Shown: positions 1 through 12,607, numbered from the stretch's first letter. The stretch is DNA of 64,000 nucleotides from Mobula hypostoma (GCF_963921235.1 NC_086097.1:31064001-31128000); one strand, 5' to 3'. Made by a program: numbers and translations. The notes: a model not told the origin generated them from the letters alone.

Positions 1-109
1 ACTGTGCTTCTTTTGAGCTACTATTGTTGCAAACTGCAGCCTATAATTTCCCTTTAAGAAACATACTTCTGAACCACCTAAACAAATTAGCGATTTTAGG
101 GAGGAGCGG

Positions 110-397
110 TCCCCTCCTCCTTCCCTTTCTCCTATAGTCCACTTTCCTCTCCTATCAGAGTCCTTCTTCTCCAGCACTGGACCTGGCTTGCCCTATTACT
201 TTACAGTTAGCCTCCTTCCCCTCCTCCCACCGTTTTATTCTAGCACCTTCCCACTTCCTTCTCAGTTCTGAAGAAGGGCATCGGACCAAAACATCGACTG
301 CTTATTCATTTCTATAGATGTTGCCTGACCTGCTGAGTTCCTCCAGCACTTTGTGTTTGCTGCTCTGGATTTCCAGCGTCTGCAGAATCTCGTGTTA
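110..397 (+). mobile_element. Penelope-like element 3' end / pseudo-LTR fragment
   Basis: Pyrimidine-rich tract, ctgaagaagggcatcggaccaaaacatcgactg and gcctgacctgctgagttcctccagca; same sequence follows the GIY-YIG ORF at 46875-47540. Confidence 0.7.
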
Positions 398-1324
398 ACG
401 ATTTTATTATTTTTTTGTATTTCCACAATTTGTCTTCCTTCGCACATTGGTTGTTTGTCCCTCTTTGTGGGTGTGTAGTGCTTCATGGATTCTATCATAT
501 TTATTTGTTCTACTGGACACACATGAAAGAAAATGAAACTCAAGGTAGTATATGGTGACATATATTTACTTTTATAATAAATTTACTTTGAAGTTTGGAA
601 GATTACCGGGTGAGAGCAGGAGAGTGGGGTTGAGAGGGTTAATAAGTCATCCATGATGGAATGGCAGAGCAGACTTGATGGTCTGAATGGCCGAATTCTG
701 CTCATATGTCTTATGGACTTACACAGAAAGAAGCACAGAACTGTGCGATGCCAAAATAACACACAAACACACAGAGCAGCAGGATACATTAAATATTTAT
801 GAAAGCCAAAGCTAATGGCTGGCGTTCTGTCGTGAGTCATTTAACTGTGATTAGGGTAAACAACCAAGGGAGGGCCGCAGTCCTGAACTGAAAGACATTT
901 AGGACTGCGTGTCCTAAAGTGGTAGAGGTCCTGTAGTAACCTTTATATTCACAGCCACCAGACATGGGTCGCAGTCTTCAACACTCTTATTTTAGTACTG
1001 ACAGGCAAGGACTCGCTGACCTAATTAGACTCAGATAGAGATTAGCTGACTACACATCTCCGCTGTGACTTCTCCCGATGGTTTTTTTTCATCGAGATTA
1101 TTACTAAGCTATTTCTGGGCCTCACAGGGCTGCACCGAATGAAGGCAAGGTCGTTCCCAGCATCATGGATGAACGGATTAAGCAGTTGCATCCATCTCAA
1201 ACTGATCTGCAATGATGTGCTGTTACCTCAGAAAGGCAATTATACATTGAACCTGGGCCAGGTTCACTAAGTTGCTGCTAATGGCCTGGGTGTGAGAGTA
1301 TAACAAACAACATAAAAAGACTAT

Positions 1325-1640
1325 AAGAAAATAAGGCAGAGGAGCAGAATTATGCCATTCAGCCCAAAGAATCTGCTCTCTCCTTTGATCACAGCTGATT
1401 TATTTTGCCTCTCAAATCCATTCTCCTACCTTCTCCCCATAACCTTTGATGCCTTTACTAATCAAGAACCTGTCAACCTCTGGTTTAAATATAGCCAATG
1501 ACTTGGCCTCCACAGCCATCTGTGGCAATGAGTTCCACAGATTCACTACCCTCTGGCTAAAGCAAATCCTCCTCATCTCAATTATAAAGGGACGTCCTTT
1601 TATCTGAGGCAGTGCCCTCTGGTCCTGGACTCCCCCACTA
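1325..1640 (-). mobile_element. CR1/HER1-type LINE 3' end
   Basis: ggagcagaattatgccattcagccc... tail, repeated at about 12144, 49180 and 61595. Confidence 0.7.
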
Positions 1641-1989
1641 CACCCCGGTGAAAGAGGGATATGGCTGCCCTAGCACGTGAAGTCAGCTCCAGTGGACTGG
1701 ATGGATGAGATCTACAGTGAGATCCAATAGCCAGGAAGGGCATGACAAGTCATGGTCATCCACGGTAACTAAACAAGACACCAGTTGTGATGCTTGTTCG
1801 TACCACTGGACTTGGACTTCTGAGATCGTGAGAGTGGAACTGCCCCAGTGCAACAGCTTTCCCACTTTAAAAATTCTCCCGCACACTGTGTTATCAGACA
1901 CAACGGATAACCACCATATAATGTGAAATTTGTTATTTTGTAGTTTATTATAATAAATATTAATAATTTATAGTAATAAATATAACTGG

Positions 1990-2310
1990 TTCCCCTGTTC
2001 CTCTTTCTTCTATGGTCCACACTACTCTACTATCAGATTCCTTCTTCAGCCCTTCGACCTATCCCTTCCCTGCTACTTACTTCATCCTCCTTCCCCACAA
2101 ACCCATCTTCCTCTCACCTGATCTCAGCTATCATCTGCCAGCTTGTACTGCCCCCCCCCACCTGATTCTTCCCCCTTCCTTTCCAGACCTGATGAAGGAC
2201 CTCGGCCCAAAACGTCGACTGTTTACTCCATGCTGCCTGATCTGCCGAGTTCCTTCAGCATTTTGTGTGTGTTGCTCAAGATTTCCAGCATCTGCACAAT
2301 CTCTTGTATT
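1990..2310 (+). mobile_element. Penelope-like pseudo-LTR fragment with hammerhead-like motif at 2184-2221
   Basis: cagacCTGATGAaggacctcggcccAAAACGTCgactg followed by the pLTR tail. Confidence 0.75.
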
Positions 2311-2469
2311 TGTGTACATACTGTGCAAAGACATTACATTATTATAAATTAAGAAAGAAATAAATGTTGCACAGAAAAGAAACATTGAAGTTCTGTTCAT
2401 GGACATATCAGAAAGCTGACGGCGAAGGGGAAGAAACTGTCCTGATTCCTAACATTATAAAATACTTGA

Positions 2470-2720
2470 AAATGCTTCACAGAAGCATAACTGTTACATA
2501 AGCATACCGAGCCACATGAATAAATATGAGAACAGATAAGTAAAAGCTTGGCCAAGTCTAAGCTTCAAGTACAGGAGGCAAATACGAAAGGAGGGGATTG
2601 CTGCTGAAGGAATTGCAGGGTTTTAGCAGCTGAAGGCACAGTCAGCGAAGGTATAAGGGAAATAAATCGAGGGTGCTTAGGGGACCAGAACTGGAGGTGA
2701 ACACTCATCGGCGAGAGCTG
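2470..2720 (-). mobile_element. Old L2-like LINE 3' remnant
   Basis: gcttcacag...accgagccacat...aaaagcttggccaag...gcagctgaaggcac; recalled L2 tail pattern, related pieces near 19540 and 21880. Confidence 0.45.
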
Positions 2721-2744
2721 GGGGTCTAAATAGAGGCAAAGCGA

Positions 2745-2955
2745 GCAACTGCCTCATAGCTCCAGAGGCCCACGCTCAATCCTGACCCTGAGTGCTCTCT
2801 GTGTGGAGGAGTTGGCACATTCTCCTGTAACAGCTTAGGATTCCTTTGGGTATTCCGGTTTCCTCCCACATGCCAAAGACTTGCAGGTCAGTAGGTTAAA
2901 TTGCCACTGTAAATTGCCTGTATGTATCTGGGAGTGTTTGAATCTGGGGGGAGTC
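2745..2955 (+). mobile_element. HE1/V-SINE-like element (degenerate)
   Basis: V-domain-like gtgtggaggagttggcacattctcc...ccggtttcctcccacatgccaaagac. Confidence 0.65.
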
Positions 2956-3654
2956 CAGAATCAGAGTCAGGCTTATTATTACTGACATAGGCAATAAAAT
3001 TTGTTATTTTGTGCCAGCAGTACAGCGCAAGACAAAAAAAATACTGTATCAAAAAACAAGTAAATAGTGAGTGCAAAAGACGGACACTGAGGATTTGTTC
3101 ATGGGTTCATGAACCATTCAGAAATCTGATGGCGGGGAGAAAGAAGTTATTCCTGAATCACTGAGGGTGGGTCTTCAGGCTCCTGTACCTCCTTCCTGAA
3201 GGTAGTAAGTGAGAAGAGGGCATGTCCCTAAAGGGAATGCAGGGAGAGTAAAAGGGGACTGATGTAGAATTTGCACAGATGGACTGATATAGGATTAGTT
3301 TGGTTGATCAGCATGAGTCTATGACAGGAGAGGACGCTGAACGATTAGACCAGAAGGTTTATAAGTTTAAAATCAAGGTCATGAGATAATGCAGCTTGTC
3401 CCCTGTTACTGTTCTTACTGCATTTCAGCCTGAATTTAATCTTGCAGTGTGCGCACCCGATTGAGCATTGTCCTAAAGACAGATCAGGTACGGGGCTCTG
3501 GTCCACTGGAAGGGCTTTTGCTGTCTCAGCTTTAGGTCAATTTATTCAGACTCAGCAGCATGTCGTCTCCCTGTCTCCTGCCCTCGCAGTTGTGTGAATT
3601 TAATGCATCAATGTTTGTTCCCATTTCCATGCTATCTCAAAATGGCACAAAGCA

Positions 3655-4100
3655 CAGAATGAGAAATGGGTTTATTGTCACTGACTGATGTCATGAAATT
3701 TGCTGGTTTGTGGCAGGAGTTCTCCGCAATATATTTTTAAAAAACTCTAAATTATAATAAGAAAGAATGAATGGATAAATAAATAAGTAGTGCAAAAAGA
3801 GAGTAAAATAGAGGTAGCGTTCATGGGTTCATGGACGGTTCAGAGATCGGATAAAATGTTGATTGTGTGCCTTCAGGCTTCTGTACCTCCTTCCAGAAGG
3901 TAGTAATGAGGAGAGGACATGTCCTGGGTGGTGGCAGTCCTTAATAATGGACACAACCTTTTTGAGTTATCGGCTTTTGAAGATGCTGTCACTCGTGCCC
4001 GTGATGGAGATAGCCGAGTCTACAACCCTCTGCAGCTTTTTCGGATCTTGCGCACAGGCGCCTCTACACTAGATAGATGGTGATGCAACTGACCAGAATG
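3655..4100 (-). mobile_element. Rex1/Babar-like LINE 3' fragment
   Basis: cttcaggcttctgtacctccttcc and atgcaactgaccagaatgc motifs shared with many copies (26830-27260, 35915-36470, 62580-63200). Confidence 0.65.
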
Positions 4101-4257
4101 CTGCTCCGGCTCGTAAGAGCTTCCCTCCCGAGGTACGACAGCAGTGTCGGTCAGCTGCCCTTCCTCAAGCAGGCAGCAGGCTCACAGTCCATTGCAGTTG
4201 AGGCTCCACTCTGTCACACAGCCTCCCAACACAGGGAGTTGGTCAATTACAGCTGTA

Positions 4258-4570
4258 GGGGGGGCGTAGCGGATAGCATAACGCTTTACAGTGCCAGCAG
4301 TAATATCAGAGTTTTCAGTTCCCACTGCAGTATGTAAGGAATTTGTACATTCTCTGTGACTGCATGAGTTTCCTCTTAGTGCTCTGGTTTCCTCCCACCT
4401 TCCAAGACGTACGGGTCAACGTTATTAAGTTTTGTACATGCTATGTTGGCACCTGAAGCATGGCAACATTTGCACAGCACAACTCAATATTTTGATTTGA
4501 AACAAGAGGTGCATTTCACTGTATGTTTCAATATTTCAATGTACACATGACAAATAAAGCAAATCTTTCA
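4258..4570 (+). mobile_element. tRNA-derived V-SINE (HE1-like)
   Basis: ggcgtagcggatagc head, V-domain gtttcct...gctctggtttcctcccac, tail gtgacaaataaagc. Confidence 0.75.
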
Positions 4571-5047
4571 TCTTGGAATGTGTAACAGAAAGTGAGTGAA
4601 GGAGTTCCTTCACTCCACCCCAACCTTGTTGTACTGAAACACCCACTATTCCTAAGGTCAATATCGACAGCTGCACAAACCAGAGAAACTTTCCTCATCT
4701 GAGATACACCGAGATACAGTATTTATCCACTGATGAAGTATAGAGTGACAAAGCACGCAAACTGCTCCATGTTGACCACAGTATCATATCTGCTACATCC
4801 AGTTGCCCACATTCGGCCCATAATTCTCCACGCCGCTCCCCTCCACGCACCTATCAAAATGTCTTTTAAACGTTGCAAATGAACCCACCAAGTCCACTTA
4901 TTCTGGTAGCTCATTCCAGGTACCCTATCAAAAGAAATTACCTTTCCGGTTTCTTTTAAATCTCACCACTCTTTCTGAGCCCACTGGTTTAGGATTCCTC
5001 AACCCTGGGGAAAAGACGATGACCATCCACCTTATCCATATCCTTCG

Positions 5048-6990
5048 TACAGTCATCGAGAAGTACAGCACAGAATCAAGCCCTTCAGCCCATCTAGTCC
5101 ATGCCAAAGCCATTTAGCCTGCCTATTCTCATCGAACTGCACCAGGATCGTGGACCTCCATTCCCCACTATCTATGAATGTACCTCTCCAAACTTCTCTT
5201 AAATATTGAAATCAGGCTTGCATTCACCACGTGCTGGCACTTCGTTCCACACTCTCACAACTCTCTAAGTGAAGAAGTTTCCCCTCATGTTCCCCTTAAA
5301 CTTGTCACTTTTCACCCTTCACCCATGACCTCTGGTTGTAGTCCCATCCGACCTCAGTGGAAAAAGCCTGGTTGCATTTACCCTACCTATACCCCTCATA
5401 ACTGTATATACCTCAATCTTCTATGTTCTAAAGAATGCAGACTTAATTTATTCAATTTTTCCTTATAACTCAGGTCCTCCAGGCCCAGCAACATCCTTGT
5501 AAATTTTCTCTATAGTCTTTCAACCTTATTTACATCTTTCCTGTAGGTAGGTGACAAAAACTGCACCCAATACTCCAAATGAGACCTCACCAATGTCAAC
5601 TGCAACAAAAACATCCCAAATCCTGTTTTGGCCATTTATGGCCAGTGTGCCAAAAGCTTTCTTTATGACCCTATCTATCAGTGACGCCACTTTCAACAAG
5701 ATATGCACCTGTTTTCCCAAATCATTTTGTTGTACTGCACCCCTCAGAGCCCCACCATTTACTGTGTAAGACCTACCCTGGTCGGTCCTACCGAAGTGCA
5801 AAACCTTTCACTTGCCTGCATTAAATTCCATCTGCCATTTTCTCAGCCGACGTAGATCTCTCTGCAAGCCATGGTAATCTTCCCTGCTGTCCACTACACC
5901 TCCAATGTTGGTGTCATCTGCAAATTTGCTGATCCAGTTAACCATATTATCATCCAGATCATTGACATAGATGACAAACAGCAAAGGACCAGCACCAATC
6001 CCTGTGGCACTCCACTAGTCACAGAGCTCCACCTCTACTACCACTCTCTGGCTTCTCTCACAAAGCCAATGTCTAATCCAATTTACAACCTCATCCTGAA
6101 TGCCCAGTAACTGAACCTTCTTGACCAGCCTCCCAAGCAGGACCCTGCTGAAGTCCATGTAGACAACATCCACTGCCTTGCCTTCATCCAGTTTCCTGGT
6201 AACTTCCTCAAAAAAAACTCTATAAGATTGGTAAGACATGACCTACCACACACAAAGCCATGTTGACTATCCTTAATTAGTCCAAGTCTGGTACCCTAGA
6301 ACACCGTCCAATAACTTTCCCACAAATGATGTCAGACTCACCGGCCTATAATTACCTGGTTATGTTTAGAGCCTTCTTTAAACGGGAGAACAGAACACAT
6401 TGGCTATCCTTCAATCCTCTGGTACCACTCCTGTCACTTAAGAATGATTTAAATATCTCTGCTAGAGCCCTGGCAATTTCTGCACTTATTTCCCATAGTG
6501 TCCGAGGGAAACACCTAGTCAGGCCCTGGCCATTTATCCACCCCTGATTAGCCTCAGGGTCGCAAACGCTTCCTCCTCTGCAATCTGTACAGGGTCCATA
6601 AAGTTGATGTCACTTTGCATCACTTCTATAGATTCTGTAACCACCTCCTGAGTAAATACAGATGCAAAGTATTCGTTTAAATCTCCTCCATCTGTTTTGG
6701 CTCCACATATGGATTACCATTCTGGCCTTTCTCCAATTTAGAATCTCAACCCACAGAACAGACTTATCTTTTTCCATATTTACTTTGAAACTAATGGCAT
6801 TATGATCATCATATGTAAAGTGTTTCCCTGCACAAACTTCTGTCACCTGCCCTGTATCGTTCCCCAATAGCAGATCCTGCATTGCAAGCTCTCTCATTGG
6901 GAGTTCTACGTACTGACAAAGGAAGCTTTTCTGAACACATTTGACAAACTCTATCCCATGGTATGGGATTCCCAATTAATATGTGTAAAG
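5048..6990 (-). mobile_element. CR1/HER1 LINE ORF2 (RT) fragments, degenerate
   Basis: Translations FFEEVTRKLDEGKAVDVVYMDFS, MHFGRTDQGRSYTVNG and QYVELPMRELAMQDLLLGN; frameshifts and internal deletions. Confidence 0.9.
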
Positions 6991-7051
6991 TTAAAATTGA
7001 TTTTATAAACTTCTACAAGGTCACCCCTCATTCTCCTGTGCTCCAAGCAAG

Positions 7052-7440
7052 GGCAACATTGTAGTACAGCGAATAGTGCAGCACTTTACGGCGCCAGCAA
7101 TCACTGACCAGGGTTCAATTCCCGCCACTGCCTGTAAGGATTTGGTATGCTGTCCTCATGACTGCATGGGTTTCCTCCGGGTGCTCTGGTTTACTCCTAT
7201 ATTCCAGAAAGGTATGGTTTAGGATTAGATAGTTGTGCGCATGCTATATTGGTGCCAGAAGCATGGCGATAATTGCAGGGTGCCCCAAGCACAATCTTTG
7301 ACAGTAAATGTCGACCGTTTACTCTTTACCAGAGATGCTGCCTGGCCTGCTGAGTCCCTCCAGCGTTTTGTGTGCACTTCAACGCATTTCACTGTATGTT
7401 TCAATCTACATTTAACAAATGAAGCCAATCTTTACATCTT
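7052..7440 (+). mobile_element. V-SINE (HE1-like) with a short Penelope-repeat insert at about 7302-7378
   Basis: B box gggttcaattcccg, V domain tgggtttcctccgggtgctctggttt, tail acaaatgaagccaatc. Confidence 0.75.
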
Positions 7441-7645
7441 TATAGAATAAAGATCCAGTCTGGCCAACCTTTGCCTATAACTCAGGCCCTCTAGTTCAGG
7501 CATCTCTCTTGCACCCGCTCCATCTTGACAATGTATTTCCTATAAAACGGTGACCTAAACTGTAAACACACATGAGCACCTGTAAGTTCATACAGAAACA
7601 CACAAAAGCACATTAACATCTCCCAGTGATAGCAGGCAGCCCTAC

Positions 7646-7920
7646 CTCTTGCCCAGGTTGCTGACGGGTGCAGCCAGTTTCCGGGAGCTGGCAGCCGTTC
7701 GTCGCTGGGTGGCTCCCCTCTTGCCACCGCTGGCGCTGCCAGCACGGTTACTGCTGTCGCTCTCCTCTTGAACCGGCGAGCTGCTGCCCTTGCTGTTCAG
7801 ATCCCTCAGCACGTCGTAGTTTATCTTGCTGGAGATCTTCTTCTGTTCCAGCATCTTTTCTATGGCTTCGCCTGCCGTACTGGCTTGGATTGGCTCACGT
7901 TTCTTTGAGGATTTTCTGGG
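7646..7920 (-). CDS. BRF1: BRF1 coding exon (275 bp): [41 protein letters not shown]...PVSNLGK(R), homology block III plus Ser/Gly-rich linker
   Basis: ttcaaAG|CCC...AAGAG|GTagg; [26 protein letters not shown] is diagnostic of BRF1; phase 0 to phase 2. Confidence 0.96.
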
Positions 7921-8801
7921 CTTTGAAGGAGATGGAGAATAGTTTACAGTAAATTCCCTACCCAGTTATTTATCTGTTTATTTATAGATACAACACGATA
8001 ATAATCTCTTCTAACCCAATGGGTCCACACTGCCCAATTACACCCATATGACCAATTAAACTACAAACCCTGTACACCTTTCGAATGTGGGAGGAAACCC
8101 TCACAGTCACAGGGAGAACGCACAAACTCCTCACTGACAATGAAGTAAACTGAACCTGGGTTGCTGGTGCTGAACAGTTTTGCTGAATGAGAAGGGCTTC
8201 TCATTCAGAAAGAAAGGCCATGGCGTTCAAAATCTTGGATAGATTCACATATTTTCCCACTGGTATTTAATTTCTAGTTCAGCTGGAAAAATAAGAGAAG
8301 CTCCAAGGGTGGGAAGAATAACTGGGGTGACATGAAGATTGGGGTTTCACCATTGGCACTTTAATAGGATTGAGGAAGATAGACTGTGTCGGGGACGAGA
8401 ACGTCAGAGGATGTGGTGAAGTTCCAGTTTGGGATAGAAGTAGGAAATGCCACTTTTCTTAATTACAGCAGGGTGGAGGCTGGCAAGGGAGGGCAATGAG
8501 AGCTAAGAAGAAAGAATGGAAATTCAGGGAAGTTATTTCTTTCCTACCAGTGATCACTGGACAGTAACAACATGTGCTCGTGTGCATCTTGTGTCTGCAC
8601 ATACACGTACTTACACAAACATGCATACACACACACGATCACACAGACATATGCGTGCATGCGCGCGCACACGGACAGAGGCACAGTGAGGGCCAGGCAC
8701 GAACATTAGGAAGGTTTGAGCAAGACACACAAAATGCTGGCAGAATTCCGCAGACCAGGCAGCATCTATGGAGAGGAACGATGGACAAAGACTGACGAAG
8801 G

Positions 8802-9636
8802 TAGTACCAGCAACAGCACCACCAAGAGCAATATTCTCAAGATGGCTCACGAAGAAATTTCTTTCATTCTTTTTATGTCATCTTTTTCTTTTAGAAGTGG
8901 TCTGCTACCGTTGGAGCCTGTTATCGACATTCTGGTGATGTGTCTTTGGGTTGATTGGGCGACCAGGTGCTCTGCTGTCTCCGAGAGGGTACCACAAGGC
9001 AATGAGCAAAGTGTGCAGCATGGAGGTCAGGAGGCCTGGAGAAGGGCTGTGAGTCCATGACTGACTCTATCACTCGCTGATTAAAGCAGCCAGTAAGAAT
9101 GAATTCATCGAGGTGGGTGGGGAGGTGAGCGAGTGTTCAGCGTTGTCTACCAGCATCTCGCTCGTTGCTGCCGGAGGAGGGTTCCTCCTTTTCGCTCGCT
9201 GCTCCCAAAGGAAGGTCCTTGCGTTCGAATGATCTCTCTTTCCCTCAATGCTGTTGAGGATGGTTCCGGAGCGATTTGTGGATTGTGGACTCTAATTCAC
9301 ATTTATGATGTGCTTCTGGTTTCTGGTTGCTCCTTTTTTAGTTGCTAGTTTGGGCAATTTTGAATTGGGGCACCCTGCAGAAAATGAATACTGAGCTGAA
9401 CTGAAAAATGCCTTCTGATTTTGAATTTTATGTCTGGTGTTTTTGCTCATTTTTATTTGCTATTTGTGCGATTTGCTTTTGTTTTTGCGTGTGGGGGGTG
9501 GGTTTGATGTGTTTCTTTTCTTTGAACAGGTTGGGGTATCATGGTTCTTCTTTGTTTAGTGACTCTCTGCGGGGAAGGCAAATCTCTGAGTTGTATACTG
9601 CAAACATACTTTGATAATAAATGTACTTTGAACTGT
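8802..9636 (+). mobile_element. Non-coding ~0.8 kb retroposon with LINE-like tail, inserted into a Penelope repeat
   Basis: caagatggc near 5' end; ends tttgataataaatgtactttgaact like the tails near 590 and 14410; splits ctgacgaagg|...gggctcggctgaaac. Confidence 0.55.
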
Positions 9637-10035
9637 GAAAGGGCTCGGCTGAAACACTACCTGCTTATTCCTCTCCGTAGAATAAGGTCTCGCTGACTGA
9701 CCTGCTGAGTTCCTCCAGCATGTTGTGTGTGTTGCTCTGGATTGCCAGCATTGTCAGAATCTCTTGTGTTTATTAGAAAGGCTTGGCCTTTTCTCTTGGG
9801 AGTATTACAATAATCACACCACAAGCATTGTTAGTGACAAGTGACACATCAGAGTCAGGTTTTATAATCACTGCCTTATACGGCAGGAAATATGTTGCTT
9901 TGTAGCAACAGCAAAAACAGTAGAAAGTAGCAGTAGTTGCAACAAGATAAAGGACAGAGGGAGGGAAAGAATCAAGAAAGAACTGTATGTTAGCGACTGC
10001 GAAAGGCTACAGCTGGGGACTCCAGTAAATATTAC

Positions 10036-10091
10036 CTTCTGCTCTTTATAAATCCCAAGTTCCTTCTCTTTGGCTATTCGCTCTTCCTTAG
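10036..10091 (-). CDS. BRF1: BRF1 coding exon (56 bp): (A)KEERIAKEKELGIYKEQK
   Basis: ttgcAG|CTAAG...CAGAAG|GTaat; near-identical to BRF1 KEARIAKEKELGIYKEHK; phase 1 to phase 0; lies within ORF 9868..10158. Confidence 0.96.
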
Positions 10092-10134
10092 CTGCAAGGA
10101 AAGTAAAAGCAATGCGGTAATAGCAAAGGTTCCA

Positions 10135-10870
10135 GCTCACGTTCAAGTTTATTGTCATTCATCTGTACACATGTATACTGCCAGAAGAAATAACCTTCGT
10201 CTGGGCCAATGTGCACACACAGTACACTCACATATGTAATGCATAAAACAATATTACCACAAATAAATTAACAAATAATAAGGTGCATTTACAACACATG
10301 TTAAAAAGTAAACAGTAGAAGGCCACTTGAGTTCATGAGTGATGAGATCTGGGTAGTGGCAGGGAGTTCAGTAGTCTCACAGCCTGGGGGAGGAAACTGT
10401 TACCCATCCTAACGGTCCTTGTCCTAATACTATTGTACCTCCTGCTGATGGTGGGGGAAGGGGGGGGGTCAAAGATATTGTGGGACGCTTGTGAGGGATC
10501 ATTGACAATGCTAAGGGCCCTGCATATGCAGCACTCATGATAAATATCTCTGATGGATGGATGATCCTCTCAGCAGCCTTCACAATCCTTTGTAGGAATT
10601 TGTGGTCAGATGCTTTGCAATTCCCGTACCAGACAGTGATGCAGCCTACAGACCGACTTTCAACTATGCTCCTGTAAAAATTTAGAATGGTGGGGAGGGG
10701 GGAGGGTGTGAGACATGCTGCTGAGCTTTCTTGACTAAAGAAGGAGTGTTGAGGTGAGATCATCCATTATGTGCACTCCCAGGTCTTGCTGCTCCTTATT
10801 CTCTCCACGGAGGACCCATTTATGTGCAGTGAGGAGTGGTTAACCTGCATCTTCCTAAAGTCTACAATCA
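10135..10870 (-). mobile_element. Rex1/Babar-like LINE 3' part
   Basis: TILNFYRSIVES..GCITVWYGNCKASDHKFLQRIVKAAERII in ORF 10377..10763. Confidence 0.85.
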
Positions 10871-12143
10871 CAGGTTTCCCCCGCCATCCAAAGGTAGAGC
10901 GTTCCTATGAAACAGTTCGTAAGCCAGAATGTCATAAAGCAAAGAAGCAATTATCATTTATCTGTTCCTTTGACAACAGCATCTGCATATTATTTTGTGT
11001 TTACCATTTATTTATATGGGAAAAATTTGTGAGCATTTGCAGACCCAAAAAATAACCTACCAAATCATGCCAAATAACACATAAGACCTAAAATAACAGT
11101 AACATATAGTAAAAGCAGGAATGATATGATAAATACACAGCCTATATAAAGTAGAAATACTTTTCCACAATCATTGCCGCACTGTTCTCCGTAGCAAAAA
11201 TCTCACGCAAGCGCTCTCAGCAGAAACACTCTCTCCAGTAACCTTTAAGCTATGAAGCTGCCAAATCATACCAAATAACGCATAAAAATACACAGCCTAT
11301 ATAAAATAGGAACAATGTGCCTCTGATCTGGGCTGACATTTACGTGCCGGGCGGCACCTAATTAATTAGCTTGTTTATTTCGGCTTTTTTCTTAAAGATG
11401 TGCTGGGTGCGTCCCGGCTACCGCTGCATTCTCCGTGGATCGGTATCGGTCCGTGGCCCGGGGGTTGGGGTGGTGGGACACTGGGGTGTCATCTCATCGT
11501 CGTCTGTTTCCATCAGGGCAGGCAGGTCATCTTCTTCTATGTCTGCCTGCCTCGATGTCGAAGGTCGAGGCTCGTCGTCTGCTGTGGCTGATGTGGAAGG
11601 CTTGAAAAACGACAGTATGCTTGACTACTTAGCCTCACGCATTTTTCTATCATCTCACGCAGTTGCTTCACGTTCAGTTCCTGGACAACTTCACTTTCGG
11701 TCCGTTCGCTACTGCATTCAGTTTCGATTGTTATCCTTTCCTCTTCCATTGCATCAGCTCTTCATCTATCAGTTCTTGGTCATGGGATGCCAAAACCTCT
11801 TCAACATCATCTTCGTCAGCTTCCACAAGCCAAACTCACTTTGTTCTTACTTCGTTCACCACAATCGAAACGCTTAATTATGTCTAGTTTTACGCTAAGT
11901 GTAACACCCTTATGAGCTCTTTCAGGCTTTTCCAATACCTTAGAACTCATCTTGCAAACAGATGCTCAAAATAAATTGACATAAAGCACAGATGCTCACA
12001 GGCACGTGTTTAAGCAATGCCAGCTAGAATGCAGTTCCGGGGCAGGAGCTTGGCTGCGCGGGGCGCGCGCTGCCTTTTTTCGTAACAGTGAAAACACTGT
12101 TACCTGAAAACAGGTAGCTAATGTAGGTCTTTCATAACAACGA
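10871..12143 (-). mobile_element. Tigger/pogo-like DNA transposon deletion derivative with transposase C-terminal remnant
   Basis: End caggtttcccccgcc; minus-strand EADEDDVEEVLASHDQELIDEELMQ at about 11750-11830 resembles the Tigger1 C-terminus; both ends homologous to the MITE at 30553-31244; far end cut by CR1 at 12144. Confidence 0.8.
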
Positions 12144-12607
12144 GACCATAAGACCATAAGGCATAGGAGCAGAATTAGGCCATTCAGCCCATCGAGTCTA
12201 CTCCGCCATTCCATCATGGTTGATCCCGGATCCCACTCAACCCCATACACCTGCCTTCTCATCATATCCTTTGATGTCCTGACCAATCAGGAAACAATCA
12301 ACTTCCGCCTTAAATATACCCACGGACTTGACCTCCACCACAAGCTGTGACAGGGCATTCCACTGATTCACTACTCTCTGGCTTAAAAAATTCCTCCTTA
12401 CCTCTGTACTAACAGGTCACCCCTCAATTCTGAGGCTGGGCTCTCTAGTTCTGGATACCCCCACCATAGGAAAGACCCTCACCACATCCATCCTATCTAG
12501 TCCTTTCAACATTCAGTCAGTTTCAAAGGAATTCCTCTAAGTTCCAGTGAGTACAGACCCAAAGCTGCCAAATACTCCTCATATGTTAACCCCTTCATTC
12601 CCAGAAT
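12144..12607 (-). mobile_element. CR1 LINE 3' end
   Basis: gaccataagaccataag tail and cataggagcagaattaggccattcagccc. Confidence 0.8.

Noticed and set aside
1248..1266. Perfect palindrome TGAACCTGG-G-CCAGGTTCA (nuclear-receptor-like half sites)
   Set aside because: A 9-bp arm is expected by chance at roughly this frequency in 64 kb; no other support
1226..1284. AG...GT-bounded segment as a candidate next BRF1 exon
   Set aside because: Stop codon in the required phase and no similarity to the expected LRPLVSTQPAKK-type exon; downstream exons probably lie beyond the window
11371..11877. 168-aa plus-strand ORF in GC-rich DNA
   Set aside because: Antisense to the Tigger transposase remnant
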